Made by a program: the position numbers and the translations under genes. Below, one piece after another: positions 28,856 through 38,798 of a stretch of 64,000 nucleotides of DNA. This DNA is from an uncultured Armatimonadetes bacterium. Its GTDB lineage: Bacteria > Armatimonadota > UBA5829 > DTJY01. The DNA is taken from NCBI GenBank assembly GCA_963717145.1, contig OY970325.1, positions 3,456,001-3,520,000 of the forward strand, written 5' to 3'. The notes under the pieces were generated by a model, which did no database searches, was not told where the DNA came from, and saw only the letters and a program-made list of their open reading frames with translations. The number at the start of each line of letters is the position of its first letter. Position 1 is the first letter of the stretch.

Positions 28856-30462
28856 TTACAGCTCCTGCAGCCCGGCGCCGAACTTCGCGTAGCCGGGGAT
28901 CGAGACCGGAAGCTTTCCGAGCGGGCTGATCTTCCCGAAGATCATGTCCGCGGCCGCCTGAACGGTTGCGTCGGGGTAGCCGTAGGTGGCCAAGCCCGCC
29001 TTTGCCTCCGGATAGTGCCTCAGGTCATAGGGCTCTCTCGCCGCGATGATCACGGCCGGCTTCCCATTCCCATTCCCGTTACCATTGCCACCTTTGCACT
29101 CAGGGTCTTCCTTGATCAAAGCGCGTGTCCACGGCTCTGACGGGCAGGTCGTCAGTATGACGATCTTCGACTGCTTCATCAGTTCCTTGACCTGCGCGAG
29201 TTCCTTCTCCGTCGGCTCATTACTGATGCGCGCCAGCCTGGTGTTGGGGTGATACTTCCTCATCGCGGTGGCGAACTGCTCGGTAGCCGGATGGAGGCCC
29301 GCCACGAGGATCTGATCGGTGTTGCCGAGCTTCAGCGGGAGGACGGCCCCTCGTTCCTCAGGACGGTGACCGACTTCTCAGCTATCTCGCGCTCCAAACC
29401 TCTGTTGATATCCGTGCCGACTGACTGCCTGATCGAGGTGAGATCGGTCTCGCGTCTCGCATCGAGCCCGAACTTCTCCTTGGCAGCTAGAATCCTGTTC
29501 ACGGACTCGTCGATCCGTTGCTCGGGGATCTCTCCCGACTCGACCGCCTTGACCAGCGCGGTGCGGATCTGTGCCTGGACCTCCAGCGTGTGGCATGCCA
29601 GCAGGATATCAGTTCCCGCCTTCACGGCCATGACCGCCGCCTCGACAGCGCCGAAGTTGTCCGCGATCGCCTTCATCTCCATGCAGTCGGTCACGATCAG
29701 GCCCTTGAACTTCATCTGCTGCCGCAGCAATTCGGTGATGACCGCGTAGGACAGTGTGGCGGGATACTGAGCGTCCAGCGCTGTGAAACAAATGTGTGAG
29801 GTCATCACCATCGCCACGCCGCGTCGAATGCACGCTTTGAACGGCTTCAGTTCGACGGCATCGAGCCGCTTGCGGTCGTATGGGATGCTCGGGAGCGACA
29901 TGTGGGTATCGGTCGAGGTATCGCCATGGCCCGGGAAATGCTTCACGCACGCCAGCACTCCGAGCGACTCAAAGCCCTCGATCGCAGCGACGCCGAGTTC
30001 CGCAACCAGTTTGGGCGACTCGCTGAACGACCTGATGCCGATGATCGGGTTCAGCGGATTGTTGTTGACGTCCACACACGGCGCGAAGTTCATGTTCACG
30101 CCGACGGCCATCAGCTCGCGGGCGATCGCCTTGGCGGAGTCGCGGGCGAAGTCGACCGAACGCGTCGCGCCGAGCGCCATGTTGCCCGGGAAGGTCGTGA
30201 AGGGGTGCTTCATCCGAGTGATGAGGCCGCCTTCCTGGTCCGCCGAGATGAACAGCGGCTTATCGGAGCGGGCCTGCAGTTCGTTCAGGGTAACGGCGAT
30301 CTGCTCCGGGTTCTGGACGTTACGCGTGAGAACGATGATCCCACCGACCTTGAAATCGTCGACCAGAATCTTGGCGTGCGTGCATACACTCAGGTTGTCA
30401 TGCTCAGCCTGACCCTGCCAACCGAACATCAGCATCTGGCCGATTTTTTCCTTGATATTCAA
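28856..30462 (-). CDS. nagZ: Beta-N-acetylhexosaminidase, GH3 (frameshift in G-run near 29348)
   Basis: ADQEGG, KHFPGHGDT..DTH, VTDCMEM. Adding one G joins the C-terminal domain (LRNEGAVLPL...GKLPVSIP). Confidence 0.88.
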
Positions 30463-30488
30463 TGTTTTGTATCTGTCCTTCCACTACT

Positions 30489-30654
30489 GGCCGGCACTGA
30501 GGCGCGGCCACCACGTTTGATCCGTGCCGTAGGGGAGGCCTTCAACGGCCTCCCGCTGGGCGGGCGCAGAAGCACCGCCCCCACGGGTGACGGGTGCCGT
30601 AGGGGAGGCCTTCAACGGCCTCCCGCCGGGCGGGCGTAGAAGCACCGCCCCTAC
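30489..30654. repeat. REP cluster: half-element related to the kinase insertion plus two 70-bp tandem units
   Basis: GGCCGGCACTGAGGCGCGGCCACCAC; GTAGGGGAGGCCTTCAACGGCCTCCC at 30529 and 30599. Confidence 0.9.
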
Positions 30655-31466
30655 CTCTCTGAATTCGCCAGCCTCGTCATCGTGAGAAACGCGCGGTACA
30701 CTTCCATGAAATCGTCGGAGGTGTACGTCACAGCGGTCGCGTCCGTTCTCTTGGCACCAGGCATCACGCCTGCCGCGTCTGCCAGGCCTGCATTGTTAAA
30801 TGTTAACTCTATCTCCACCGGCGGCTCGAGCGTGAACGGCTCGAACTCGGGAAGTCGCTCCAGCACTCCGGTCGCCGCTTCCTTGATCTTCTCCCGCGCG
30901 ACTGTCGGATGCAGGCAGCTCGCGGCGTATCGGGTGATCGGCTCCTTGACCGCGACCGTCTCGACCGTTCCGATATGCGCCAATGCCTCCCGACACACGA
31001 CGGAATCCCCAGTCACCATCACCACCGGGACGCCGAAGTATCCCGCGACGGCCGAGTTGATGCCGACCTCACCCACGATGCGCGAGTTAAGTTTCGCGGA
31101 CCACACCATGCCGTTGTAGGTGTGACTAAGGACGCCCGCGGATCCCGCGCCGGCATGGTAGCCGATCAGTATCGCGGCATCGAACGACTCGTCGATCCCC
31201 TGCATCATCGACAGCGGCTGGGAGTGGCCGGAGGTCAACCGCACGCGGGGATCCATATCCGCGATCTTGATGTTTCGCCCGCCGCCGTGCGAATCGTTCA
31301 CGAGCACCTCGGTCGCGCCGCCCTCGAAAAGTCCCTCGGCGGCGGCTCGGGCCTCCCCGGCCATCAAGGCGCGCGCGTCCTGATACTCAGGGTTGCCTGA
31401 TGAGGTCTGCTCCCAGTTTACGACGCCGCTTATGCCTTCCATGTCAACGGACACGAAAACTTTCAC
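30651..31466 (-). CDS. dppA: M55 family D-aminopeptidase
   Basis: VSVDMEGISG, NDSHG, IGYHAG..LSHT. Confidence 0.9.
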   Translation of the reverse strand: MKVFVSVDMEGISGVVNWEQTSSGNPEYQDARALMAGEARAAAEGLFEGGATEVLVNDSHGGGRNIKIADMDPRVRLTSGHSQPLSMMQGIDESFDAAILIGYHAGAGSAGVLSHTYNGMVWSAKLNSRIVGEVGINSAVAGYFGVPVVMVTGDSVVCREALAHIGTVETVAVKEPITRYAASCLHPTVAREKIKEAATGVLERLPEFEPFTLEPPVEIELTFNNAGLADAAGVMPGAKRTDATAVTYTSDDFMEVYRAFLTMTRLANSER

Positions 31467-31507
31467 CGAACAGACCTCCGCGCGTCGAATGATTGACGGC
31501 TTCGCTA

Positions 31508-31556
31508 ATTATACCTGCGGTAGGTCGATTAGTCAAGACAAAATGTAAACGTTTAC
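31508..31556 (-). promoter_or_regulatory. dppA-nagZ promoter with LacI-type operator
   Basis: TTGACT-17-TATAAT (31536-31508); perfect palindrome GTAAACGTTTAC at 31545-31556. Confidence 0.7.
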
Positions 31557-31873
31557 GGAAAACCTTTGCGGCGGTGCTCGGTGAGCAGTAAACAGTGAAC
31601 CGTGAACGGTCTGGCGGACCGCGAGCGCACGAAGATGTCCCCCTTGCGAAGGGGGACCGGCCTCCGGGCCGAGGGGGTCTGCAGCCTAAGGTCTAAAGTC
31701 CAAAGTCTACAGAGGCTTGATCTCCGTCACCCGGATCGTCGGATGCAGGCCGAAGTTGTTCAAGCCGAAGTGGCCAAGGACTGAAGACGGGAGGACGCCA
31801 GGATCGTGGAGGAACAAAGCAGGAAGCCAACAGCCATTGACAGAACTACTCACATGAAAGGTGGTCGACTCAG

Positions 31874-32470
31874 TTGGGCAATGGCTATCGTCAAGAAGTC
31901 TTCAACGTCTTGCTTGCGCAGCTTCTTCAAGAGCGTGGCGCCATTTCCGCGCCGGAGAACGTCATCAAAGCGTCCGCGTCACGGGCACGCAGGATGCCTG
32001 ACGTTATAGTTGATTTCTACGGCCTGCGCACCGCTATCGAGGGTGAGGTGGATGATCAGGTCAACGCTGAGTCAAAGGCGATCGACTCAGCGCGGAGACG
32101 CGTTGCTGAAGGAATCGCTCATATTGGAGTTGCGGTGATCTATCCCGCTCGTCTGCGCAACACGCCATTCGCTGATCTCAAGCGCCAGATAGAGAATGTG
32201 GAGTTGTCCATAGCAGTAGTCACTGAATCCGAGGAGACCGGATTCGCCAAGGGTAACGTAGACTACCTGGAACGGGCTTTACGAGGCGCCTTCGATCAGC
32301 TTGTTCAGGAGGATGTGGTCTCCAAAGCGGTGGCGCAGCTTGATGCCGGGATTGAGGTGTTCGCGAGCGCGGTCATGGCTAGGCCCGGTGTTGTTGGTCG
32401 TATGGCAAAGACCCTTGGCATACGCGATCTGCCGTCAAAAGAGGCTCCCGATGGAGAAGGGGACGACTAG
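31874..32470 (+). CDS. Putative PD-(D/E)XK-like nuclease domain protein of an R-M system
   Basis: RRMPDVIVDFYGLRTAIEGE resembles PD..ExK; in frame with the downstream MTase. Confidence 0.55.
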   Translation: MGNGYRQEVFNVLLAQLLQERGAISAPENVIKASASRARRMPDVIVDFYGLRTAIEGEVDDQVNAESKAIDSARRRVAEGIAHIGVAVIYPARLRNTPFADLKRQIENVELSIAVVTESEETGFAKGNVDYLERALRGAFDQLVQEDVVSKAVAQLDAGIEVFASAVMARPGVVGRMAKTLGIRDLPSKEAPDGEGDD

Positions 32471-34768
32471 TTGGCTACTAAGCTATCCGCTTCACAAGCA
32501 AATGCCGTAAGCCGTATCAGCGGTCTGGTATTGACAAACGCCATGATCTTCCAGGAGATGCTGGCGGAGCATGACGCTCGTGTATTGCCGCTGCAGAAGG
32601 TCTTAGACGATCCCAATCCGGCAAGAAGTCTAGGCGACCATTGGAAGTTCATCATGGATGAGATCAACTATCATCCTATATTTCATGTGTCTCGCGAACT
32701 TCTTCTTGATCTTACTGCAGCCAGGGAAATCCATGCCGCGTTGAAACAGCTTGCCAACACGGCGTTGAAGATCGTGAGCAATCGTGCAGCCCTTAGACAC
32801 GATCTCATGGGTAGGGTTTACCATCGTCTGCTCGCTGATGCCAAATACCTGGGCACGTACTATACAAGCATACCCGCAGCCAGTCTCCTACTGAGGATCG
32901 CCCTTCGCCCTGACGTATGGGACCTCAAGTGGGACAGTCTTGACGCACTCAGGCGATTTCGCATCGCGGATTTGGCATGCGGTACGGGAACCCTGCTGAT
33001 GGCATCTGCAGATACGATAACCGACAACTACGTTCAGGCATCGGCCGAGCAGGGCGGCAACATCGAGATGTCTGCATTACAGGCCGCCCTGGCTGAAGAT
33101 ATCCTGTACGGGTATGACGTCCTGCCTTCCGCCCTCCACCTTACGGCGTCCACACTTGCACTGAAAGCTCCCGATGTAGTGTTCACCCGAATGAACCTTT
33201 TCAGCTTGCCCCTGGGCGGACCCGATCGCAGGTTAGGTAGCCTTGAACTGCTTGGGTCAGAAGGTGTAGGCCTCAAACTCGACCTATTTGGTGGTCAGAG
33301 CAGCCCACATCAGGTTCACACCCGCGCGGCTGATCAGGAGGCTATCGCAAAGCCTCCGGCGATGGACCTATGTGTAATGAATCCCCCGTTCACTCGTAGT
33401 GTAGGCGGCAATCTGCTATTTGGATCGGCACCGGCCGAAGAGCGACGGGAGATGCGTGAGGAACTCAAGAGACGGGTCAAAGAAGCTGGTGCACTGGCTA
33501 GTGTTACAGCCGGTCTGGGCTCGGTGTTTGTCGCCATCGCGGATCGGTATATCAAGCCGGGCGGCAGGCTCGGGCTCATCCTGCCAAAAGCAGTGCTCTC
33601 TGGAGTTGCCTGGGGCAAGACGAGGCAACTACTTCGAAATAAGTACCGCGTTGAGTACATCATCAGCAGCCACGATCCATCACGGTGGAACTTCTCCGAA
33701 AGCACGAGCCTTAGCGAGGTTCTGCTCGTTGCAGTCAAATCTAGCAACGGCGATTCCAACGGAGGTCAAGCCTCTACCATAGGCGTGAACCTGTGGCGAA
33801 ATCCCACCACGTCCTTCAATGCACTTGCTGTCGCAAGTGAGTTGCTTAGGAGTAGTCCGCCGGACATACAGAACGGTCAAGGCGCGGCCTATCTGTGTCT
33901 CGGAGAAGAGAAGATGGGAGAAGCGATATCCATCCCATGGGACCAACTTAAGCAGCATATCGGTTGGCTACTCCCTTGCGCTTTTGCGCAGTCAGACTTG
34001 GTCCGCGTTGCCACCCATCTGATCCAAAACCGAGTCTGGATCCCGGGTTGTAAAGGGCTCACACCGATTCCGCTGTCGCCCCTGAACCAGTTTGGCAAGC
34101 TCGGGCCCGATGCTCGCGATGTTCACGACGCATTCAGCTTGACGGCCACCCGCACGGCCTACCCAGCGTTCTGGGGGCACGATGCGAGCGAGGTGACCAC
34201 TCTGGACCAGAAGCCCAATCGCTACCTCGCGCCCCTGCCCGAAGCCAAGGAGGGCCGGAGTCTTCGAAAAGCCACCGACCTTTGGCCGTTGGCAGGCGGC
34301 CTGCTTCTTGCAGAACGCTTGCGAGTGAACACTCAGCGGTTGGCGGCTGTGCGATTGCCTGAGCCTGTGCTGTCCAGCGTGTGGTGGTCGTTCTCCTTCT
34401 TTGAACAGAGTAAGTCCGCCGATTATGGCAAGGCGTTGTCTTTGTGGCTCAACTCTACACTAGGATTGCTCTTACTGCTGGCTCATCGCGAGGAGACAGA
34501 AGGGGCATGGATGAAGTTCAAGAAGCCAGTCCTAGCCGCCCTTCCCGTGCTCGATGTCGGCCTGCTATCAAACCGGCAGAGGAAAGGCCTGTCGTCGGTC
34601 TATGACCGCATAGCCAACACACCTCTACAGCCATTCCACCACATCGGGGATGATCCCGTCCGCGCCGAGATAGATCAGGCGATCGGGGAAGTCCTGGAAC
34701 TGCCGGACTTGTCGGTTCTGCGTTTGCTGCTTGGCCAGGAGCCGGTCGTTTGCCTGAAGCGCCTCTAG
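32471..34768 (+). CDS. Amino (N6-adenine type) DNA methyltransferase with probable target-recognition region, Type IIG-like
   Basis: GTYYTS, motif I DLACGTGTLL, motif IV MNPPFTRS (gamma order). Confidence 0.85.
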   Translation: MATKLSASQANAVSRISGLVLTNAMIFQEMLAEHDARVLPLQKVLDDPNPARSLGDHWKFIMDEINYHPIFHVSRELLLDLTAAREIHAALKQLANTALKIVSNRAALRHDLMGRVYHRLLADAKYLGTYYTSIPAASLLLRIALRPDVWDLKWDSLDALRRFRIADLACGTGTLLMASADTITDNYVQASAEQGGNIEMSALQAALAEDILYGYDVLPSALHLTASTLALKAPDVVFTRMNLFSLPLGGPDRRLGSLELLGSEGVGLKLDLFGGQSSPHQVHTRAADQEAIAKPPAMDLCVMNPPFTRSVGGNLLFGSAPAEERREMREELKRRVKEAGALASVTAGLGSVFVAIADRYIKPGGRLGLILPKAVLSGVAWGKTRQLLRNKYRVEYIISSHDPSRWNFSESTSLSEVLLVAVKSSNGDSNGGQASTIGVNLWRNPTTSFNALAVASELLRSSPPDIQNGQGAAYLCLGEEKMGEAISIPWDQLKQHIGWLLPCAFAQSDLVRVATHLIQNRVWIPGCKGLTPIPLSPLNQFGKLGPDARDVHDAFSLTATRTAYPAFWGHDASEVTTLDQKPNRYLAPLPEAKEGRSLRKATDLWPLAGGLLLAERLRVNTQRLAAVRLPEPVLSSVWWSFSFFEQSKSADYGKALSLWLNSTLGLLLLLAHREETEGAWMKFKKPVLAALPVLDVGLLSNRQRKGLSSVYDRIANTPLQPFHHIGDDPVRAEIDQAIGEVLELPDLSVLRLLLGQEPVVCLKRL

Positions 34769-34806
34769 CCACGACCGCCTCGGTTTGGGCATGATACTCA
34801 ATACCG

Positions 34807-35796
34807 TTACGTTGCCGCTCCTGAGTACCGCGCGAACTCGTCGTCGGCCCAGTGCTCCCACTCGGGCTCGACCGCGAGGGAGCGCACGTCGCCATAGTGC
34901 CCGCAGATGAACCCGCCACCGCGGCTGCCGAGCTTGTCGATCAGCTCACGGGCACGCGCTCGGATGTACGGCTCGTCACCCGTGGGCAGGTCGCGCTGGA
35001 TGTCCACCGGCGACCAGATCGCGGTCCTGCCGTGACACGTCTCGGCGAGGAAATCGAGGTCGGAGAGCGTCGGCTGATCGAGCTGCAGGACCTTGACCCC
35101 CATGTCCACGAGGCTCGGGATGATGTCCTTGATGTATCCGCAGGAGTGCATCCATATCGCGATGTCGTGGCTCTTCGCGTGGCCGACGATCTCGCGGAAT
35201 CCCCACTCGAACATCTCGTGCCAGAGCGTCGGCGAGACCAGCAGCCGCTCCTGAGTGCCCCAGTCCTCGCCGAACATCACGCCGTCGCAGTCGGTGGTCG
35301 CCCACTGATCGATGCACCGCTTGAGGAGATCGACGACGTTGCGCTGGAGGGCGTTCACCTCGTCGGGATAGAGCAGCACGTCCGCGAGGAATTCCTCGAC
35401 CCGGCGCATGTATCGCATGATCGCGAACGGGAATCCGGGCAGATGGCCGATGTGATACTTCTCGGGGTTCTCGGCGAATGTCTGCCGAGGTTTGTCATAT
35501 CGCAGAGGGAGGTCCATGCGGGGCATCTGATAGGCCGCGATCTCCGACCAGTCCTTGATGACGCCCTCGATGACCTCGCCGCGCGACGTGTTCGGCAGGC
35601 ATTTCCAGACGTTGTGCCACTCGTCCTCCCACTGCTTGCAGTCCTCGAACTCCCAGGTGCGATACGGCTTCCACTCGGGGTCGGCGGAGATCCCCGCGCC
35701 GCAGAAGTCGTTGGTGTATGGGGCGGGAAGCGACATCGGACACCGGTCCGGGTTCTCGAAGTCGATGCACCGCTTGACGCGCTCTCTGCTGTTCAT
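34807..35796 (-). CDS. Uroporphyrinogen decarboxylase-family protein (MtaA/CmuA-like)
   Basis: MNSRERV, FGEDWGTQ, WMHSCG, GGGFI. Confidence 0.8.
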   Translation of the reverse strand: MNSRERVKRCIDFENPDRCPMSLPAPYTNDFCGAGISADPEWKPYRTWEFEDCKQWEDEWHNVWKCLPNTSRGEVIEGVIKDWSEIAAYQMPRMDLPLRYDKPRQTFAENPEKYHIGHLPGFPFAIMRYMRRVEEFLADVLLYPDEVNALQRNVVDLLKRCIDQWATTDCDGVMFGEDWGTQERLLVSPTLWHEMFEWGFREIVGHAKSHDIAIWMHSCGYIKDIIPSLVDMGVKVLQLDQPTLSDLDFLAETCHGRTAIWSPVDIQRDLPTGDEPYIRARARELIDKLGSRGGGFICGHYGDVRSLAVEPEWEHWADDEFARYSGAAT

Positions 35797-35816
35797 GGTT
35801 ACCTCCACAGGTCGTC

Positions 35817-35886
35817 GTAGGGGCGAACCATCGGTTATCGAATCGTACACTTTGCCGAAAGCGGTAGCCGATGATTCGCCCCTACA
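35817..35886. repeat. GTAG-type REP palindrome
   Basis: GTAGGGGCGAACCATCGG...CCGATGATTCGCCCCTAC. Confidence 0.8.
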
Positions 35887-35964
35887 GTGGCAGGGTTACA
35901 CGCGGGCGGCGGGAGTTCCTCCGATCTGGTATAATGGCGCAACACGCTTTGAGAGGAATCCGAC

Positions 35965-36987
35965 ATGATCATCATCATGCGAACCGAGGCGACGCCGGAG
36001 CAGGTCCAGGAGATCGAGAACGAGATCCAGCGGATGGAATGCAAGCCATTCATCAACCCCGGCGTCGAGAGGAAAGTCATCGCCGTATTGGGGGCCCTCG
36101 ATGCGAAGAAGGGCGACCTGGTCGAGCATTTCAGCGCGTTTCCGGGCGTCGCGCGGGTGGACCTCATCTCGCACCTCTGGAAGCTGGCCTCGAGGGAGTA
36201 CCATCCCGCCGACTCGGTGGTCGATGTCGCCGGGGTGAAGGTCGGAGGGAGCGAGGTCGTGGTCGCGGCCGGACCGTGCAGCATCGAGACCGAGGCGCAG
36301 ACGATCGAGCTGGCGCAGATGGTCAAGGCGGCCGGCGCGAAGTTCCTACGCGGAGGCGCATTCAAGCCTCGGACCTCGCCCTATGCGTTCCAGGGGCTCG
36401 GCGAAGAGGGCCTGCGGTTCATGGCGAAGGCGCGCGAGGTGACCGGCCTCCCGGTCGTGACCGAGGTCATGGACACGCATGAGGTCAATCTGGTTGCCAA
36501 ATACGCCGACGTCCTGCAGATCGGCACGCGAAACATGCAGAATTACGCTCTCCTGAAGAAGGTCGGCACGCTCAAGAAGCCGGTCCTGCTGAAGCGCGGA
36601 CTCGGCGCGAAACTGAAGGACCTGCTGATGTCTGCCGAGTACATCATGTCGGAGGGCAACCCGAATGTGATCCTCTGCGAGCGCGGGATCACGACATTCG
36701 AGGATTCCACTCGGAACACGACCGACATCAACGCGATCCCGGTGCTCAAGCATTGGACGCATCTGCCGGTGATCCTCGATCCGAGCCACGCGACCGGCGA
36801 CTGGCGGTACGTCGGCCCGATCTCGAAGGCGGCGGTGGCGTCGGGGGCGGACGGGCTGATCATCGAGGTGCATCCCGACCCGATCCATGCGATGAGCGAC
36901 GGCCCGCAGTCCCTCACACCGGAGAAGTTCGCCGCGCTGATGGATCAGATCCGCCGTGTGGCCTCAGCGGTGGACAGAAAGCTCTAG
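35965..36987 (+). CDS. aroF: DAHP synthase, type I-beta with N-terminal regulatory domain
   Basis: [36 protein letters not shown]. Confidence 0.95.
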   Translation: MIIIMRTEATPEQVQEIENEIQRMECKPFINPGVERKVIAVLGALDAKKGDLVEHFSAFPGVARVDLISHLWKLASREYHPADSVVDVAGVKVGGSEVVVAAGPCSIETEAQTIELAQMVKAAGAKFLRGGAFKPRTSPYAFQGLGEEGLRFMAKAREVTGLPVVTEVMDTHEVNLVAKYADVLQIGTRNMQNYALLKKVGTLKKPVLLKRGLGAKLKDLLMSAEYIMSEGNPNVILCERGITTFEDSTRNTTDINAIPVLKHWTHLPVILDPSHATGDWRYVGPISKAAVASGADGLIIEVHPDPIHAMSDGPQSLTPEKFAALMDQIRRVASAVDRKL

Positions 36988-37160
36988 AACACAGATTGCA
37001 CAGATGAGAAGGCGGATTATACGGAGAAAAGCTTTCTATCAGGAAGCCAGGAATCAAGGAATCCAAGAGAATTGGAAATCCAGCTTTTACCTTCCTGCCT
37101 TCCTGGTTTCCTCATAGATGAATCCGTGCTATCCTCTGCCATCTGTGTGATCTGTGTTCC
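36987..37160. repeat. Nested imperfect inverted repeat element
   Basis: GAACACAGATTGCACAGATG...CATCTGTGTGATCTGTGTTC enclosing AGGAAGCCAGGAA...TTCCTGGTTTCCT. Confidence 0.7.
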
Positions 37161-37172
37161 CCCGAGGTTTGC

Positions 37173-38615
37173 ATGGCGAAGGTTACGCTTATCAACCCGA
37201 ATCGGATGAAGCCGGCGGTGGCGCCGATCGCGCTCGACTACATCGCGGACTGGCTCGATATCGCCGGGCATGAGGTCTCGATCCTCGACCTCTGCTTCTC
37301 TCAGGACTGGGGCGCAGATGTCGATGCCTACTTCGCCGACTGCCAGCCCGACCTCATCGGCGTCACGATCCGGAACACCGACGACTGCTACTTCGCGAGC
37401 CGCGACTTCTTCGTCCCCTACTACAAGGAGGTCATCGACCGCATCAGGTCGCAGACGCCCGCCCCGATCGTGCTCGGAGGCGCGGGACTCTCGGTCGTCC
37501 CCGAGGCGATCCTGGAGTTCACCGGCGCGGACTATGCGATCGCCGGCGACGGCGAGGTATCGATGCCCCTGCTGCTTCACTGCATCGCTTTCGACCTGCC
37601 GATATCCCCGTGCTGGGGGATCGTCTGCCGGACGCCAGAGGGTATCCACACCGAGCCGCCGATGTGGATCAACGTACTGACCCATTCACCGCGAACCAGG
37701 CGCTGGCTCGACAACAAGCGCTACTTCAACGAAGGCGGTCAGGCAGGGATCGAGACCAAGCGCGGGTGCGACCGCAAGTGCATCTTCTGCGCGGATCCCA
37801 TCGGCAAGGGAACCGAGTGCCGTCTGAGGCCCCCGGCGGGCGTCGTGTCGGAGATCAAGGCGCTGCTCGACCAGGAGATCGATGTCTACCACCTCTGCGA
37901 CTGCGAGTTCAATATCCCGATCTCACATGCGGAGGACGTATGCCGGGCGATCATCGAGGCGGGCCTCGGGGAGAGAATCCGTTGGTACACGTATGCCAAC
38001 CCCAAGCCGTTCACCGACGAACTCGCCGACCTCATGGTGCGCGCCGGATGCCGGGGGATCGACTTCGGCGCGGATTCCGGCGACGACAAGGTCCTGCGCT
38101 CGCTCGGGCGCGACTTCAACTCGGACGACGTGCGCCGAACCGCCGAGATCTGCCATCGCCACGGGATCACCTTCATGTACGACCTGCTCATCGGCGGCCC
38201 GGCGGAGACGAATGAGTCCGTCAAGCGCACGATCGACCTCATGAAGCGGATCGAGCCGGACCGCGTCGGCGTCTCGATCGGCGTGCGGGTCTACAACGGC
38301 ACGGCGCTCGGGGAGATGGTTCGCAGGGCGGGTGTCTCGGCCTCGAACCCGACGCTCCATGGGACCATCGAGGGGAACGAGAGCTTCCTCGCGCCGATCT
38401 ATTACCTCTCGCCGGCGGTGGGGATGGAGGTCTTCGGCTTCGTGGACGAACTCATCGGCGGCGACCCCCGCTTCCTGCATGCCTCGCCCGCGGAACTCGA
38501 GGGCAACTACAACTACAACGACAACACAGTGCTCGTCGACGCGATCCGCCAGGGCTTCCGAGGCGCGTTCTGGGACATCCTCCGCCGGGTACAGGCGGGT
38601 GAAGAACCTTCCTAG
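37173..38615 (+). CDS. B12-binding domain radical SAM protein
   Basis: N-terminal cobalamin-binding region; ETKRGCDRKCIFC (CxxxCxxC). Confidence 0.9.
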   Translation: MAKVTLINPNRMKPAVAPIALDYIADWLDIAGHEVSILDLCFSQDWGADVDAYFADCQPDLIGVTIRNTDDCYFASRDFFVPYYKEVIDRIRSQTPAPIVLGGAGLSVVPEAILEFTGADYAIAGDGEVSMPLLLHCIAFDLPISPCWGIVCRTPEGIHTEPPMWINVLTHSPRTRRWLDNKRYFNEGGQAGIETKRGCDRKCIFCADPIGKGTECRLRPPAGVVSEIKALLDQEIDVYHLCDCEFNIPISHAEDVCRAIIEAGLGERIRWYTYANPKPFTDELADLMVRAGCRGIDFGADSGDDKVLRSLGRDFNSDDVRRTAEICHRHGITFMYDLLIGGPAETNESVKRTIDLMKRIEPDRVGVSIGVRVYNGTALGEMVRRAGVSASNPTLHGTIEGNESFLAPIYYLSPAVGMEVFGFVDELIGGDPRFLHASPAELEGNYNYNDNTVLVDAIRQGFRGAFWDILRRVQAGEEPS

Positions 38616-38620
38616 CAGCC

Positions 38621-38718
38621 CCGCCTAATCCTGAGTGCGCCTCTGGGCGTGTAACGAAGCACGGTGGAATGAGGCCGTCCTTCGTTACACGCCCAGAGGC
38701 GCACTCAGGATTAGGCGG
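38621..38718. repeat. REP-like palindrome with 39-bp perfect arms (same family as 21012)
   Basis: CCGCCTAATCCTGAGTGCGCCTCTGGGCGTGTAACGAAG and its reverse complement. Confidence 0.9.
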
Positions 38719-38798
38719 TTCCCTCGGAGTTACGAACTATCAATGTAACGAACTGTCGCTTCCTTCCGTCTAATCGGTAAACTCGGTGGAGCGGCACT

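Noticed and set aside
30525-30654. Two 70-bp direct repeats as a mini-CRISPR or att sites
   Set aside because: Tandem copies of the same REP doublet seen at 17333 and 28703; no integrase nearby.
31560-31870. Prophage or IS boundary for the R-M-like island
   Set aside because: Only a REP-like hairpin and a heptamer tract are seen; no transposase, integrase, tRNA or flanking direct repeat.
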